Shown in pieces: positions 31,007 through 41,194 of a stretch of 64,000 bases of DNA. The DNA comes from Candidatus Bathyarchaeota archaeon. Its GTDB lineage: Archaea > Thermoproteota > Bathyarchaeia > Bathyarchaeales > Bathycorpusculaceae. The notes under the pieces are model-generated. The model had not been told where the DNA came from. It saw nothing but the letters and a program-made list of their open reading frames with translations, and searched no databases. Both the position numbers and the translations under genes were made by a program. Positions within the stretch are counted from its first letter, which is position 1. The number at the start of each line of letters is the position of its first letter. The stretch spans positions 60,365-124,364 of the forward strand of contig CAVTZU010000015.1 of assembly GCA_963739305.1 (NCBI GenBank), read 5' to 3'.

Positions 31007-32098
31007 TTGGACATCGAAACAAAAATCGAGTTAGTCTGCAGACCTCCGACTGACGAAGTCTTGACTGTGAAGCAATTGCGATCACTCCTTCAAACTGAAG
31101 AGCATCCGATAGCCTACAACGGTTGGGAACCATCAGGTCTGGTTCACCTTGGAACAGGCGTCATCTGCGCCTACAAGATGAAAGACTTCATCCAAGCTGG
31201 AATAAGATTCAAAGCCTATCTATCTACATGGCATGCGTGGCTAAACAGCAAACTCGGCGGCGATCTCAGTCTAATCAAGAAAGCAGCAGACCTCTTCAGA
31301 CACTCATGGATTGCGCTTGGCGTCCCCAAGAACGGAGTCGAATTCATCTACTCAGACCAATTGTATGATGATATAGACTATTGGTCAAAGACGATTCGAG
31401 TCGCCAAGGAACTGACCTTACGAAGAACCAGAAGAACATTGGAAATCGCTGGAAGACAGAAAACAGAGGCGCATCGCGTCTCAGACTTCTTGTACACGCC
31501 CATGCAGGTCGCAGACATATTCCACATGGAAGTCAAGATATGCCAGCTCGGCATGGACCAACGAAAAGCGAATGTGGTGAGCCGAGAGCTAGGCGAGAGA
31601 CTGGGGTTCTGGAAACCCGTCTGCGTTCACCACCATTTGCTCCAAGGCCTGGAAAAGCCATCCACCTGGCCAATTCCGAAAGGTCGAGAAAGAAAAGAAG
31701 CCATATCTTCTGCAAAAATGTCCAAGAGCAAACCAGAATCATGCATCTTCATCTACGACACGCCAGAATCAATAAGGGAAAAAGTGTCCAAAGCCTTCTG
31801 CCCAGAAAAGGCAGTCGAGTTCAACCCGATTGTGGACATAGCAAAACACATAATCTTCAGGGAAAAGAAAACCTTCAGGATTGAGCGACCATCAAAATTC
31901 GGCGGCACCGTGGATTTTCAGACTTTCCAAGAGCTTGAAAAATCTTACTCGGAAGGAAAACTTCACCCGTTGGACCTAAAAAACGCCGTTTCAGATGAAT
32001 TAGCAGGCTTACTTGAGCCTGTAAGAAGATATTTTGACGTCAATAGAGAAGCAAAAGAGTGTCTGGACATCGTAAAGAAGGCAGTGATAACAAGGTAG
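31007..32098 (+). CDS. tyrS: tyrosine--tRNA ligase (archaeal)
   Basis: YNGWEPSGLVHLG, YTPMQVADI, GMDQRK, KMSKS, LHPLDLK. Confidence 0.95.
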   Translation: MDIETKIELVCRPPTDEVLTVKQLRSLLQTEEHPIAYNGWEPSGLVHLGTGVICAYKMKDFIQAGIRFKAYLSTWHAWLNSKLGGDLSLIKKAADLFRHSWIALGVPKNGVEFIYSDQLYDDIDYWSKTIRVAKELTLRRTRRTLEIAGRQKTEAHRVSDFLYTPMQVADIFHMEVKICQLGMDQRKANVVSRELGERLGFWKPVCVHHHLLQGLEKPSTWPIPKGRERKEAISSAKMSKSKPESCIFIYDTPESIREKVSKAFCPEKAVEFNPIVDIAKHIIFREKKTFRIERPSKFGGTVDFQTFQELEKSYSEGKLHPLDLKNAVSDELAGLLEPVRRYFDVNREAKECLDIVKKAVITR

Positions 32099-32103
32099 AA
32101 TTC

Positions 32104-32520
32104 TTGTCTACGCACCTGCGAGAAAAACTGGAAAGGATCCAGCGAGTTCTAGAATGCCTAGTGCAGGAGTCAGCAAGAGGAATTCCAATAATCGTCGAAG
32201 GCAAGAACGATGTTCAAACACTAAGACATTTGTGTGTGCAAGGAAAAATCATGTGTGCCAAAACAGCAGGAAAGTCCAGGCTTGATCTCCTTGGGCAGAT
32301 CGAAGAGGGTAGATTCAGAGAAGTGATATTGCTCTTTGATTTCGACAGACGAGGAAAAGAATGGACCGAGACCATCAAAGAAAACTTGGAAAGGACAAAA
32401 ATAAAGCCGAACCTCGAATTCTCGAATGAGCTTCAAGTCCTAGTTGGGAGGGAAGTCAAAGACATCGAAGGCCTAGCTTCCTACCTTGAAACACTACGTG
32501 AGAAGACAGGGCAAACATAG
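32104..32520 (+). CDS. small toprim-domain protein
   Basis: IIVEGKND, LFDFDRRG. Confidence 0.85.
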   Translation: MSTHLREKLERIQRVLECLVQESARGIPIIVEGKNDVQTLRHLCVQGKIMCAKTAGKSRLDLLGQIEEGRFREVILLFDFDRRGKEWTETIKENLERTKIKPNLEFSNELQVLVGREVKDIEGLASYLETLREKTGQT

Positions 32521-32695
32521 GTTGAGAAGGCTTAAAAGGCAGGTTTGAGTCAGAAAAGCTTAAAATGTTTGAGCAGTAATTCATAAGTGTAATAAGTAGT
32601 AGATGTTAAGACTGAATCTCGTGATTCGAGAGGAAAACAATCTCAATTCACGCGATTAACGAGTTGACCCTTAACTAATCACTAGGAGGTGTACG

Positions 32696-33850
32696 ATTAC
32701 GGGTTCATCACAGACGTTTACTATAAAGTATGTTATAGACGCGAAGTTCGAAATAGAAGGAGTAGTTGAAAAACCCGACGTGATAGGAGCTGTTTTCGGG
32801 CAGACGGAGGGTCTTTTTGGACCGGAGCTGGACCTTCGAGAACTGCAGAAATCAGGAAGAATAGGCAGAATCGAGATAGACCTACATTCTAAACAAGACA
32901 AAACCACAGGCACAATAACGATTCCGACCAGTTTGGACAGGGTCTCCACGGCATTAATTGCCTCAAGCATTGAAAGCATAAACAGGGTCGGACCTTGCGC
33001 TTCAAAAGTGACGCTTGAAAAAATCGAAGACGTCAGAGAAGCTCGAAGAAAAATCATCATTGACAGAGCCAAGGAGATTCTCCATAAATGGACAATTGAA
33101 ACAATGCCATCAGTAGACGAAGTATTCAAAGAAGTTTCAGACACGCTGAAGATTGGCAAAGTCGAAAAATACGGGCCTGAAGAACTGCCTGCCGGTCCAG
33201 AACTCATGAGTGCGAAAGAAATAATCGTTGTCGAGGGCAGAGCAGACATCATTAACCTGATGCGATGCGGACTGTTAAACACCGTGGCGCTAGAAGGTGC
33301 TAAAGTTCCAGAAGCAATCAAGAAACTCTGCAAAGAGAAGGAAGCAACAGCATTTCTCGACGGCGACCGTGGCGGAGACCTAATTCTGAAAGAACTTCAA
33401 CAAGTAACAGACGTGAAATTCATTGCAAGAGCCCCAAGGGGCAAAGAAGTTGAAGAGCTAAACTGCAAGGAAATCTTCGCCGCGATTGAAGCCAAGGTTC
33501 CCTTGTTTGAACAGCAACAGCCAGCGGTCAGACTGCCTAGGAGAGAGAAGCAGAAAGTTGAGTTGCCCAAGGAGATCGCTGACGTAATAAAGGGACTTGA
33601 CGGCACTCTGGAAGCAGTACTAATGAACGATAAACTTGAGACGTTGGAACGGTTGCCTGTCAGTCAGCTCGCCGAGAAACTCCAGCAGACCGAAGGTGTG
33701 GACACGGTAATATTTGACGGTATAATAACGCAGAGAATAGTTGACATAGCGACCGAAAAGAACATAAAAAGGATAATTGCCCCACGTCTCTCAGACGCCG
33801 TCAAACCATCGTTGACCGTTCAGCTCATGACTTTCCCAGAAGCTACATAG
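32696..33850 (+). CDS. dnaG: archaeal DnaG (primase-like, exosome-associated), probable non-canonical start
   Basis: KYVIDAKFEIEGVVEKPDVIGAVFGQTEGL, VVEGRAD, DGDRGG; SD AGGAGGTG at 32684. Confidence 0.93.
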   Translation: MTGSSQTFTIKYVIDAKFEIEGVVEKPDVIGAVFGQTEGLFGPELDLRELQKSGRIGRIEIDLHSKQDKTTGTITIPTSLDRVSTALIASSIESINRVGPCASKVTLEKIEDVREARRKIIIDRAKEILHKWTIETMPSVDEVFKEVSDTLKIGKVEKYGPEELPAGPELMSAKEIIVVEGRADIINLMRCGLLNTVALEGAKVPEAIKKLCKEKEATAFLDGDRGGDLILKELQQVTDVKFIARAPRGKEVEELNCKEIFAAIEAKVPLFEQQQPAVRLPRREKQKVELPKEIADVIKGLDGTLEAVLMNDKLETLERLPVSQLAEKLQQTEGVDTVIFDGIITQRIVDIATEKNIKRIIAPRLSDAVKPSLTVQLMTFPEAT

Positions 33851-33852
33851 CC

Positions 33853-36237
33853 TCAGCCTCCGAAGAAGTCCGTGATTTTCCGAGTTTCCTTCGCGCCCAC
33901 TTCTTTCTGAAGGAGTTGGTCTTCCGTCACGCCAAAGCTCTCAAGAATTCTCGCCGCTGCAGGCACGACTTGCTTTGACACATAATACTCCAAATCTATC
34001 TCGTCGTAAGTGGCGAGCACGTAAGGCTTCACGCGTTCGTAAAGGCGACCTTTGCCAACGACTACCACGAAACCGATTTTGTCGCCTACAGAAAGTGTCC
34101 ACCCCTTTGCTCTCAGCATTTTCGCGGCCTCCACATGGGAAGCCTTGACCGCATAATCTTCAGCCGGTTTGGTCAACGTCTTCCATATAACCAAGTCTCG
34201 GTAGGGAACGCGCCTCTGTCTAAGCTCGTAAATAAATCGCTGCACGAAGTCAGCAGCCTTCTTCGGAGACTGCTCCTTCAGGATAATCTCCAATACTCTT
34301 TCTTGAACTTGCTTGGCAATCGTCGCCCAATCACCACGCACAACCTCCAGGCCCACGATATCCAGTCGACCGTCGGGCAACAGGCCAGCGTAACGTTTCT
34401 TGGCTTCTGTGAAAAAAATCCGCACATAGACCTCGTCGGGCTTGACTTCTAAACCAATCATTTTCATTATTTCGTCTGACAACTTTTCTATCTTCACCGC
34501 CTGATTCTCTACGAAGATGCTGTCAGTATCACCGTAGACAACTTTCAACTTTGCTTTCTTGGCAAGCTCAATGGCAGTCAAAATCGTATGCCTGCCCCAT
34601 GCTGCTGCGGCTTCGGCGACGGGTTTGACGTACCATCTTGCGCCCGTCCAACCGGCATAGCCATAGGATGCGTTAGTGATTATCTTCACAGCCTTCTGGC
34701 GCGCGTCCAGCACGCGGTATTCAGCGCTTTCTGGCTTGAGTTTGCTCATTCTAGGACGTATTTGGTCTCGCACCTGGATTAGATAAGAAAGAACTTCCTT
34801 GTAGAAACCAGGCGGTTCCTTCCTGAACTTGTGTTTTACTTCGGGAGCCTCGAAGAATCCTTCAGGCGGGATTGGATCTTCGGGTGACACGTAGGTGTCA
34901 GGCGAAAGATTGTAGATGATCATCAAGTTTGGGTACATGGACTTGAAGTCTAGAACGGCAATGTTATCGTGCAATCCAGGCGTTGGTTTGAGGACGAGGC
35001 CGCCCGAGTAAGGCCTGTAGGGTTGTTCGATTCTCTTAGGCACGAGTTCGCCTATCGAGTGCGTGCGTTTTATGAGAAACCATTCTACGCGGAAGCCGGC
35101 AGCTGCAGTTCCGACATGATCAAGCGGCAAGCTCACTAAGCTAGACAGTTGAATTGCGAAATTCAATATAGCTTCAGTTATACCCATGACACACACGGTG
35201 TTATCCATCGAGAACTCTTTGAGCAAACCACGTTTTTCTTCGTTGTCCCAATAGTCTGGAAAATCCATGTCCTCAATAGTCCGTCGCTTTTCGATTTTCA
35301 TCACATCCAGATAGTCTGCGAGGTTGGCAAGGGTCTTGACTTTGACTTCAGGAAATTCCTCTACGTAATCAGCGAGGTCCAACCCTGCCCTTCCGGAAAT
35401 GGATACGTGACCGTAAACGCTGGTGTGAGGTTCAGTAGGCGTTCTGTCGACGTTTAATTTTAATCGGTGGTGTTTGCATCTTTCTCTAAGGTAACTCCAA
35501 TCCTGCGTGTTGTTGCCATAGCTTACGATTATGTCTGGATCGCAAGTCTGAACGTATTCCGTGAAATCTGCCAGAACGGACTTGTCATTCTTGTCTTCTC
35601 CCGCCACAAACTGCCTGTGTTCACCATTGTTGGTCGCTGCTGAAATTATCACGACAGGGTTTCGGTCTGACTTGGGCGAGCCTTCCTTGCTGTAATAGAT
35701 TGATGAGAACCCCAATATGCGCAGGGGCGGGGCTTCGGTCATTTCAAGAGCCTTCGGAACCGATTTTGCCAGATAAGTTTTGTCAACGCACACATCCTTC
35801 CTCGCTGCTTCTTCCACTGCTTCCATTTCGTGCCATCCGCACGGAATCACGTTGTTATCAATAAGATAGCGCATTGCGAATCGAATGTCGTCTTCGAGAC
35901 ATTCCTTGATGCCTTCGAGTTTTCGAAGAGCTCTTGCATATTCTGGCAGGACTTCAGGCGTCTTACAGTAGACCTTTACCGCCTTCACGGGTTTTCCAAA
36001 GAACTTTCGATCGACGATTTCAAGCTGGGAGATGCATGGAAAACGGCCCTCATCTATTTCTTCAACAACTTTTCCGGAATTTGCGGTTTCTTCAAGCACG
36101 GCATAGAAGTATGCAACAAGGCTTTTGTCGATGATGAGAACGCGCTCGCGAGAAGCACTCACACCCCAAATCCAGATTTCGGGAACATCATTCTCGACCT
36201 CATAGTTCAGATCCAAGAGCCAAAAAGTGACCTTCAT
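33853..36237 (-). CDS. polB: family B DNA polymerase
   Basis: DFKSMYP, KIITNASYGY, YGDTDS, KKRYA. Confidence 0.97.
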   Translation of the reverse strand: MKVTFWLLDLNYEVENDVPEIWIWGVSASRERVLIIDKSLVAYFYAVLEETANSGKVVEEIDEGRFPCISQLEIVDRKFFGKPVKAVKVYCKTPEVLPEYARALRKLEGIKECLEDDIRFAMRYLIDNNVIPCGWHEMEAVEEAARKDVCVDKTYLAKSVPKALEMTEAPPLRILGFSSIYYSKEGSPKSDRNPVVIISAATNNGEHRQFVAGEDKNDKSVLADFTEYVQTCDPDIIVSYGNNTQDWSYLRERCKHHRLKLNVDRTPTEPHTSVYGHVSISGRAGLDLADYVEEFPEVKVKTLANLADYLDVMKIEKRRTIEDMDFPDYWDNEEKRGLLKEFSMDNTVCVMGITEAILNFAIQLSSLVSLPLDHVGTAAAGFRVEWFLIKRTHSIGELVPKRIEQPYRPYSGGLVLKPTPGLHDNIAVLDFKSMYPNLMIIYNLSPDTYVSPEDPIPPEGFFEAPEVKHKFRKEPPGFYKEVLSYLIQVRDQIRPRMSKLKPESAEYRVLDARQKAVKIITNASYGYAGWTGARWYVKPVAEAAAAWGRHTILTAIELAKKAKLKVVYGDTDSIFVENQAVKIEKLSDEIMKMIGLEVKPDEVYVRIFFTEAKKRYAGLLPDGRLDIVGLEVVRGDWATIAKQVQERVLEIILKEQSPKKAADFVQRFIYELRQRRVPYRDLVIWKTLTKPAEDYAVKASHVEAAKMLRAKGWTLSVGDKIGFVVVVGKGRLYERVKPYVLATYDEIDLEYYVSKQVVPAAARILESFGVTEDQLLQKEVGAKETRKITDFFGG

Positions 36238-36339
36238 CGAACAAACCACCGTCGAGGAATAATACTGGACCGGAGTCTGCTTTTAAATGCTTTACAGTTT
36301 AGCAGGAACGCAAAATACGATTCTAGTCGCTAAAGATGA

Positions 36340-38478
36340 TCAAGAGTTTCTCGTGAGCAATTCGACTATGTCAGGGTAATCTATGCCCAGGGCTTTTGCC
36401 TTCTGTATCGTTGGAACACCGTTCGCGTTCCATCCGCGTCTTGTGTACACGGCATCTTTCAGTTTCTCGTATTCGGCTTCTCTGAACTTTCTCAATTCGA
36501 ATATCTTCTCTTCAGTCGACTTGTCCTTCGGGTCGTAGCCAACTTTCTCTTTGAGCTGTTTGTCATAGCGTTCTGCTCGGCTTTCATACTCTTCCTTAGT
36601 CACTGGACCTACAGCCCGATATGGAACTGTATCGTGCTGTCTTGTGCCGAAACCCATTCTTAGATTAAAGATGCGCTGGAAATTGTAGACCCTTTCACTC
36701 ATGAGGATTATGTCGTCGGACGTGGTCTGCTTGCCGGTGACAGCTGAATAGAATTTAGCGTAGTTTTCAACGTGTGCCATGACTTTGGCGGGTTCTTTCG
36801 TTTGTTTGTTGTCTTCAGGCACGATGTCGTTCCACGGCAGCTTGCACAGCCCGCTGAGACCGAACCAAGTGCGGAACATCGGGAACCAATGAAGTGCTTC
36901 GGCTTTTTTTTCAAACGTCGGGAGCAGGTTGTTTACCATGTCTAGGAATATGAGCCATGCTTCATCGTGTTGAGGCCCTTTTAGAGTGAGACCGTAACCG
37001 CCTTGCTGTGCGAGAGATTCTTTGGTGACATATTCGGAGAACTCGAGACCCTTTGATTCCATGCCGATGTCTTGGAGAATCTTGGAGTCAACGCCGTATT
37101 TCTCCGCAAAGAGCTTCTTCATCCTCCTAATACCTTGCCCCACGGTGATGCCGAACCCTTCTCCTCGTGCCATCTGATGAACGAGTTCCAAGGCTGATTC
37201 TTTGTTACCGAACTTCAAGTCCAGTCCACCTGTTGCTTTTTTGTCGATAAGTCCTCTCTCGAAGCATTCCATCGCGAAAGCTGTCGCTGTGCCGACAGAG
37301 ATTGTGTCCAAGCCATAGGCGTCGCAGTAAAAGTTCATCTCGATCACGTAATCGGCGTCGAAGATGCCACAGCTGCTTCCAACTCCAGCGATCGTTTCGT
37401 ACTCTGGACCTGTTACGAAGACTTTCTTTCCCTTGTAGGGTCCTGTCTTGGGCTCAAAGTCCTTGATGCCGTGGGCGCACGACACAGCACAGCCCATCCA
37501 ACAGCCGTCAAAACCCTTGTCAAACTTCTTTCGATAGATTTCACGGCCAAGTTTTTCGGCTTGAGGGTGGCTTCCGTAAGCGAAGTTGTTAACGGGCAGA
37601 AGGTCAAAATCATTCATTATCGTTACGAGATGTGTGGTTCCAACAGTGCTCATCTCATTCTGTTTCGGGTCTAAACGCCTGATTTCTTGACTATGTGCTG
37701 TGCCTGTTTGCTTAACCATTTCTGGATCTGTTGGACCGTTTGTCTCCACCGAAATCTTGCCCGTGTACTTAATAATCACGGCTTTTATCTTCTTATTTCT
37801 CAGCACTGTGCCTATTCCGCCTCTTCCCGCCTGTTTGAACCTATGGATCTTTCGAGCAGGGTCGTACCATGAGACGTTGAGACATCCAAAACGCGTGTGC
37901 TCTGCGCCTGGGCCAGAAGAAAGGACAGAAATGCCTGGACCGTTGCCTCCGCGGTACTTCTTGCGTAAGGCGTCAACTATCGAATAAGTTTCTGAAGGAA
38001 GTTGAGAAGCATCTTCAATCTGAACTCTGCCTTCGTCTCCGTCTACGAAGATTATGATTTCTGACCTAGCTTTTCCCTGAATCTCAAGCGCGTCCCATCC
38101 CGCAAACTTGAGGTAAGGTCCAAAGTATCCTCCAACGTTTGAATCAACGACGGTATCGGTTAGCGGCGAAATCGACACTGCTATGCTTTTGCCGCTGCCC
38201 GGGTAGACGGGTGTTCCTCCCAGCGGACCGCAAGCGATACAAACTTCGTTTTCAGGATCATCCCACTTCGTGATGCGGTCTTTGGGCAAACTGTTCCACA
38301 GAAGCCAGATGTTGAAGCCGCGCCCACCTATGAAGGTGTCTTTCATTTCTTGGCTGACTGGTTTGCTTGCTATCTGATTGGTCGACACGTTGATGTACAG
38401 GGTCCTGTTGTTGTAGCCTCTATCCACTTTGTCCAGCCTGTACTTGAAATCTGAGATCACCAAGTGCCACACTCTCAC
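36340..38478 (-). CDS. aldehyde ferredoxin oxidoreductase family protein (second paralogue)
   Basis: IGGRG, ISPLT, QAGRGG, CWMGCAVSC, GPEYET, GLDTIS. Confidence 0.92.
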   Translation of the reverse strand: MRVWHLVISDFKYRLDKVDRGYNNRTLYINVSTNQIASKPVSQEMKDTFIGGRGFNIWLLWNSLPKDRITKWDDPENEVCIACGPLGGTPVYPGSGKSIAVSISPLTDTVVDSNVGGYFGPYLKFAGWDALEIQGKARSEIIIFVDGDEGRVQIEDASQLPSETYSIVDALRKKYRGGNGPGISVLSSGPGAEHTRFGCLNVSWYDPARKIHRFKQAGRGGIGTVLRNKKIKAVIIKYTGKISVETNGPTDPEMVKQTGTAHSQEIRRLDPKQNEMSTVGTTHLVTIMNDFDLLPVNNFAYGSHPQAEKLGREIYRKKFDKGFDGCWMGCAVSCAHGIKDFEPKTGPYKGKKVFVTGPEYETIAGVGSSCGIFDADYVIEMNFYCDAYGLDTISVGTATAFAMECFERGLIDKKATGGLDLKFGNKESALELVHQMARGEGFGITVGQGIRRMKKLFAEKYGVDSKILQDIGMESKGLEFSEYVTKESLAQQGGYGLTLKGPQHDEAWLIFLDMVNNLLPTFEKKAEALHWFPMFRTWFGLSGLCKLPWNDIVPEDNKQTKEPAKVMAHVENYAKFYSAVTGKQTTSDDIILMSERVYNFQRIFNLRMGFGTRQHDTVPYRAVGPVTKEEYESRAERYDKQLKEKVGYDPKDKSTEEKIFELRKFREAEYEKLKDAVYTRRGWNANGVPTIQKAKALGIDYPDIVELLTRNS

Positions 38479-38609
38479 GATGTTGTGAAACAGCAGGTAA
38501 ACAGGACGGACAAATAGACTTTTCGAACTGAAACACGAACTTCTAAGCTTGAAATCACACTCTTATTAGGCGTGATTGCGGAATACTTTAGCAAAAGAAG
38601 CTGAGAACC

Positions 38610-39689
38610 CTGAGAATACTCGAAGTCAACCGCAAGAAAGAATACGCAAAGGTCATTCCAGAAACACCAGACGATTTCTGGCATCTATACAATGTGATTC
38701 AAAAGAACGATATGGTTTATGCCAGGACGACGCGTGAGATTAGAACAGACGAGAAATATGGAAGACCCAAACGGGGGGAGAGAATCCCTGTCTTTCTCGG
38801 AGTGAGTGTTGAAGAAGTTGACTGGGACAAGTTTCTGGGCAGACTCAGAGTTCATGGAATAATAAGGGATACGCCTGAAGATGTTCCAGCGGGCGTTCAC
38901 CATACACTCAGTATCACACTGAATACCCCGATCACGATTGTGAAAAAACGATGGGCCGAACATGAGATTGAAAGGCTGCGAAGAGCGAGCAGGACTTCTG
39001 AGAAACCGATCATAATAATATCAATAGATGATGAAGGCTACGCGGTTGCAACCACCGCTCAATATGGCATCGACGTGAAGGTTGAAGAGAGGATTAAGCT
39101 TCCGGGAAAACTGGAGACTGAGAAAAGAACCGCAGCAACCAGCGTTTACTTAAGGGGAGCCCTCGAGTCTTTACGCCGAGTGTGGCAGGAAACGCACTGT
39201 CCCATCGCAATCATCGGCGTTGGATTTGTGAAAAATGACTTTGCCAAGTTCGTGCAAAACGAGGATTCGGAGCTATCCAAATCCGTCGTGGATGTAAAGA
39301 GCGTCAACAACGGTGGAGTCGCTGGGATCCACGAAGCCTTGCGCGCGGGAGTTCTCTTGAAGACTGTGAAACAGTTGAGAGTTTCTGAAGAAGCGGCAGT
39401 CGTGGAGGAGGTTCTGAAGCGATTGGGAAAAGGCGAGTCCACTGTCACTTACGGGTTTGACGAAGTTGAAAAAGCAGGAAAGCTTGGTGCTGTCGAGCAA
39501 CTTGTGTTAGCAGACACTGTGCTCCGAGGATCTGAGGATGAGAAACGTCTTCGAATAGAGGAAATCATGAAGATGGTTGAGCAGAAGGGCGGAGGCACGA
39601 CGATTATCATCAGCACTGAGAACGAGGCGGGTATGAAAATTCTTGGCTTAGGCGGGATCGCTGCACTCCTAAGGTTCTCGGTGCAATGA
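38610..39689 (+). CDS. pelA: pelota (Dom34) mRNA surveillance protein, probable CTG start
   Basis: RILEV..PETPDDFWHLYN, RLRVHG, HHTL, GLGGIAALLRF. Confidence 0.93.
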   Translation: MRILEVNRKKEYAKVIPETPDDFWHLYNVIQKNDMVYARTTREIRTDEKYGRPKRGERIPVFLGVSVEEVDWDKFLGRLRVHGIIRDTPEDVPAGVHHTLSITLNTPITIVKKRWAEHEIERLRRASRTSEKPIIIISIDDEGYAVATTAQYGIDVKVEERIKLPGKLETEKRTAATSVYLRGALESLRRVWQETHCPIAIIGVGFVKNDFAKFVQNEDSELSKSVVDVKSVNNGGVAGIHEALRAGVLLKTVKQLRVSEEAAVVEEVLKRLGKGESTVTYGFDEVEKAGKLGAVEQLVLADTVLRGSEDEKRLRIEEIMKMVEQKGGGTTIIISTENEAGMKILGLGGIAALLRFSVQ

Positions 39690-39794
39690 ACATGCAGAAT
39701 CTGGTCTAAGCCTACGCTCAAAAGCGTAGAAAGCCACTGGCAGAATCACAACTGTATTATATAAAGGCGTTATATATCCACAAGCTAGCTTGAG

Positions 39795-40379
39795 ATGAAG
39801 AAGATGGCGAGGAGAATACCAGTCATACGCATACAAAACATCGTTGCCTCAGCTGCTCTAAACCAGAGGATAAGTTTGGGTAAGATAGTTGAAAAGTTCC
39901 CGTTTGCTGAGTACAGCCCGAGGGTTTTTCCTGGTCTCGTTTTCAGGTTGAAGAAACCCAAGACGGCCACGCTAATATTTGAGACGGGTAAGATGGTTTG
40001 CACAGGGGCGAAATCCGAGAAGGAAGCTATTCAAGCAGTGAACAAGGTGACTCGAGAGCTGAAAAGCCACGGAATCCCACTTGAACACAAGCCAGAGATC
40101 ACCGTCCAAAACATAGTTGCATCAGCGGAGTTGAACGGCGAGATAGATTTGGAAAACGTGGTTTACAAACTGAAGAGAGTCATGTATGAGCCTGAACAGT
40201 TTCCAGGCGCGGTGTTCCGAATGGACGACCCCAAAGTCGTCTTTCTGATTTTTTCGGCCGGCAAGCTCGTCTGCGTAGGCGCAAAAAGAGAACAGGACGT
40301 TTACACCGCCGTGAACAAGCTCCAGCAAATGCTCGAAGAACAGGACCTAATCTACTACACCTCAACAGTCCAAGGTTAA
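39795..40379 (+). CDS. tbp: TATA-box binding protein
   Basis: Two repeats IQNIVAS..FPGL..LIF..GK.VC.GAK. Confidence 0.97.
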   Translation: MKKMARRIPVIRIQNIVASAALNQRISLGKIVEKFPFAEYSPRVFPGLVFRLKKPKTATLIFETGKMVCTGAKSEKEAIQAVNKVTRELKSHGIPLEHKPEITVQNIVASAELNGEIDLENVVYKLKRVMYEPEQFPGAVFRMDDPKVVFLIFSAGKLVCVGAKREQDVYTAVNKLQQMLEEQDLIYYTSTVQG

Positions 40380-41116
40380 GATAGACTTCTGAGCCGTCTT
40401 CGAACCGCCGGATTATTTGCGGCGAGCCTTTCTAGACCCATCTCGAAAGTTTCTTCATCAGAGAGTTCTTCTTTTATGAAAACGCCTGTTCTGCCAACCT
40501 CATCTCTTCTGAAGAGTGCGTGAACGCGGTCTTGCACTGTTTCACAGGAAATGCCGAGCATTTTGGCAACAATCTGTTCACGACCAACAACTGTGCTTTC
40601 TCTGTGACCCTTCCTGGTTGGCTCGATAAGCATGAGTCGTTTGTTGACACCCGGAATTCTCAAATGATTTTCCAATTGCTCCAGTTTGGCTTCGCCGCCG
40701 AACTTGTAGAATTCACTTTCGACCCTCCGCATTTTCATAAGGGGGAAGGCGATGCTTGTTCCCTCATCAATCTCAATGTATGCTTTCATAGCGTATGTCG
40801 GAGTGGCTTGAACAACGAGACGCCTGTTAATCGGCACTTTTGCTTTTTCGAGCGCTGTCTCAACCGAAAATGAGGACGGTCGGATGGATATGAAGAGGTC
40901 GATATCGCTTTTCCTTGACACATCTCCTCTCGCTATGCTTCCGTGCACCACAGTTTCGATATTTGATTCCTGAAGACTCTTCATAATACGCACTGTTTTT
41001 TCTCTCAGTTTTTGAAGAAGCGTCCAACGATCCGTTCCGTAGACTACTTCTCTGATCTCTGGATGTCTCGTTGGTTTTACATTCATTTCTGGACACACGT
41101 TCTCGTCTGATAACAC
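40376..41116 (-). CDS. archaeal predicted nucleotidyltransferase
   Basis: HGSIARGDV..SDID, EFYKFGG, GVNKRL, GRTGVF. Confidence 0.85.
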   Translation of the reverse strand: MLSDENVCPEMNVKPTRHPEIREVVYGTDRWTLLQKLREKTVRIMKSLQESNIETVVHGSIARGDVSRKSDIDLFISIRPSSFSVETALEKAKVPINRRLVVQATPTYAMKAYIEIDEGTSIAFPLMKMRRVESEFYKFGGEAKLEQLENHLRIPGVNKRLMLIEPTRKGHRESTVVGREQIVAKMLGISCETVQDRVHALFRRDEVGRTGVFIKEELSDEETFEMGLERLAANNPAVRRRLRSLS

Positions 41117-41194
41117 TTTTAATGTTTTTCGTGTCGTCCATGAGAAGTTGAAAAAAGTCGGATGTGGTCTCTTTGTTGGAGACCTTCAGCTTGA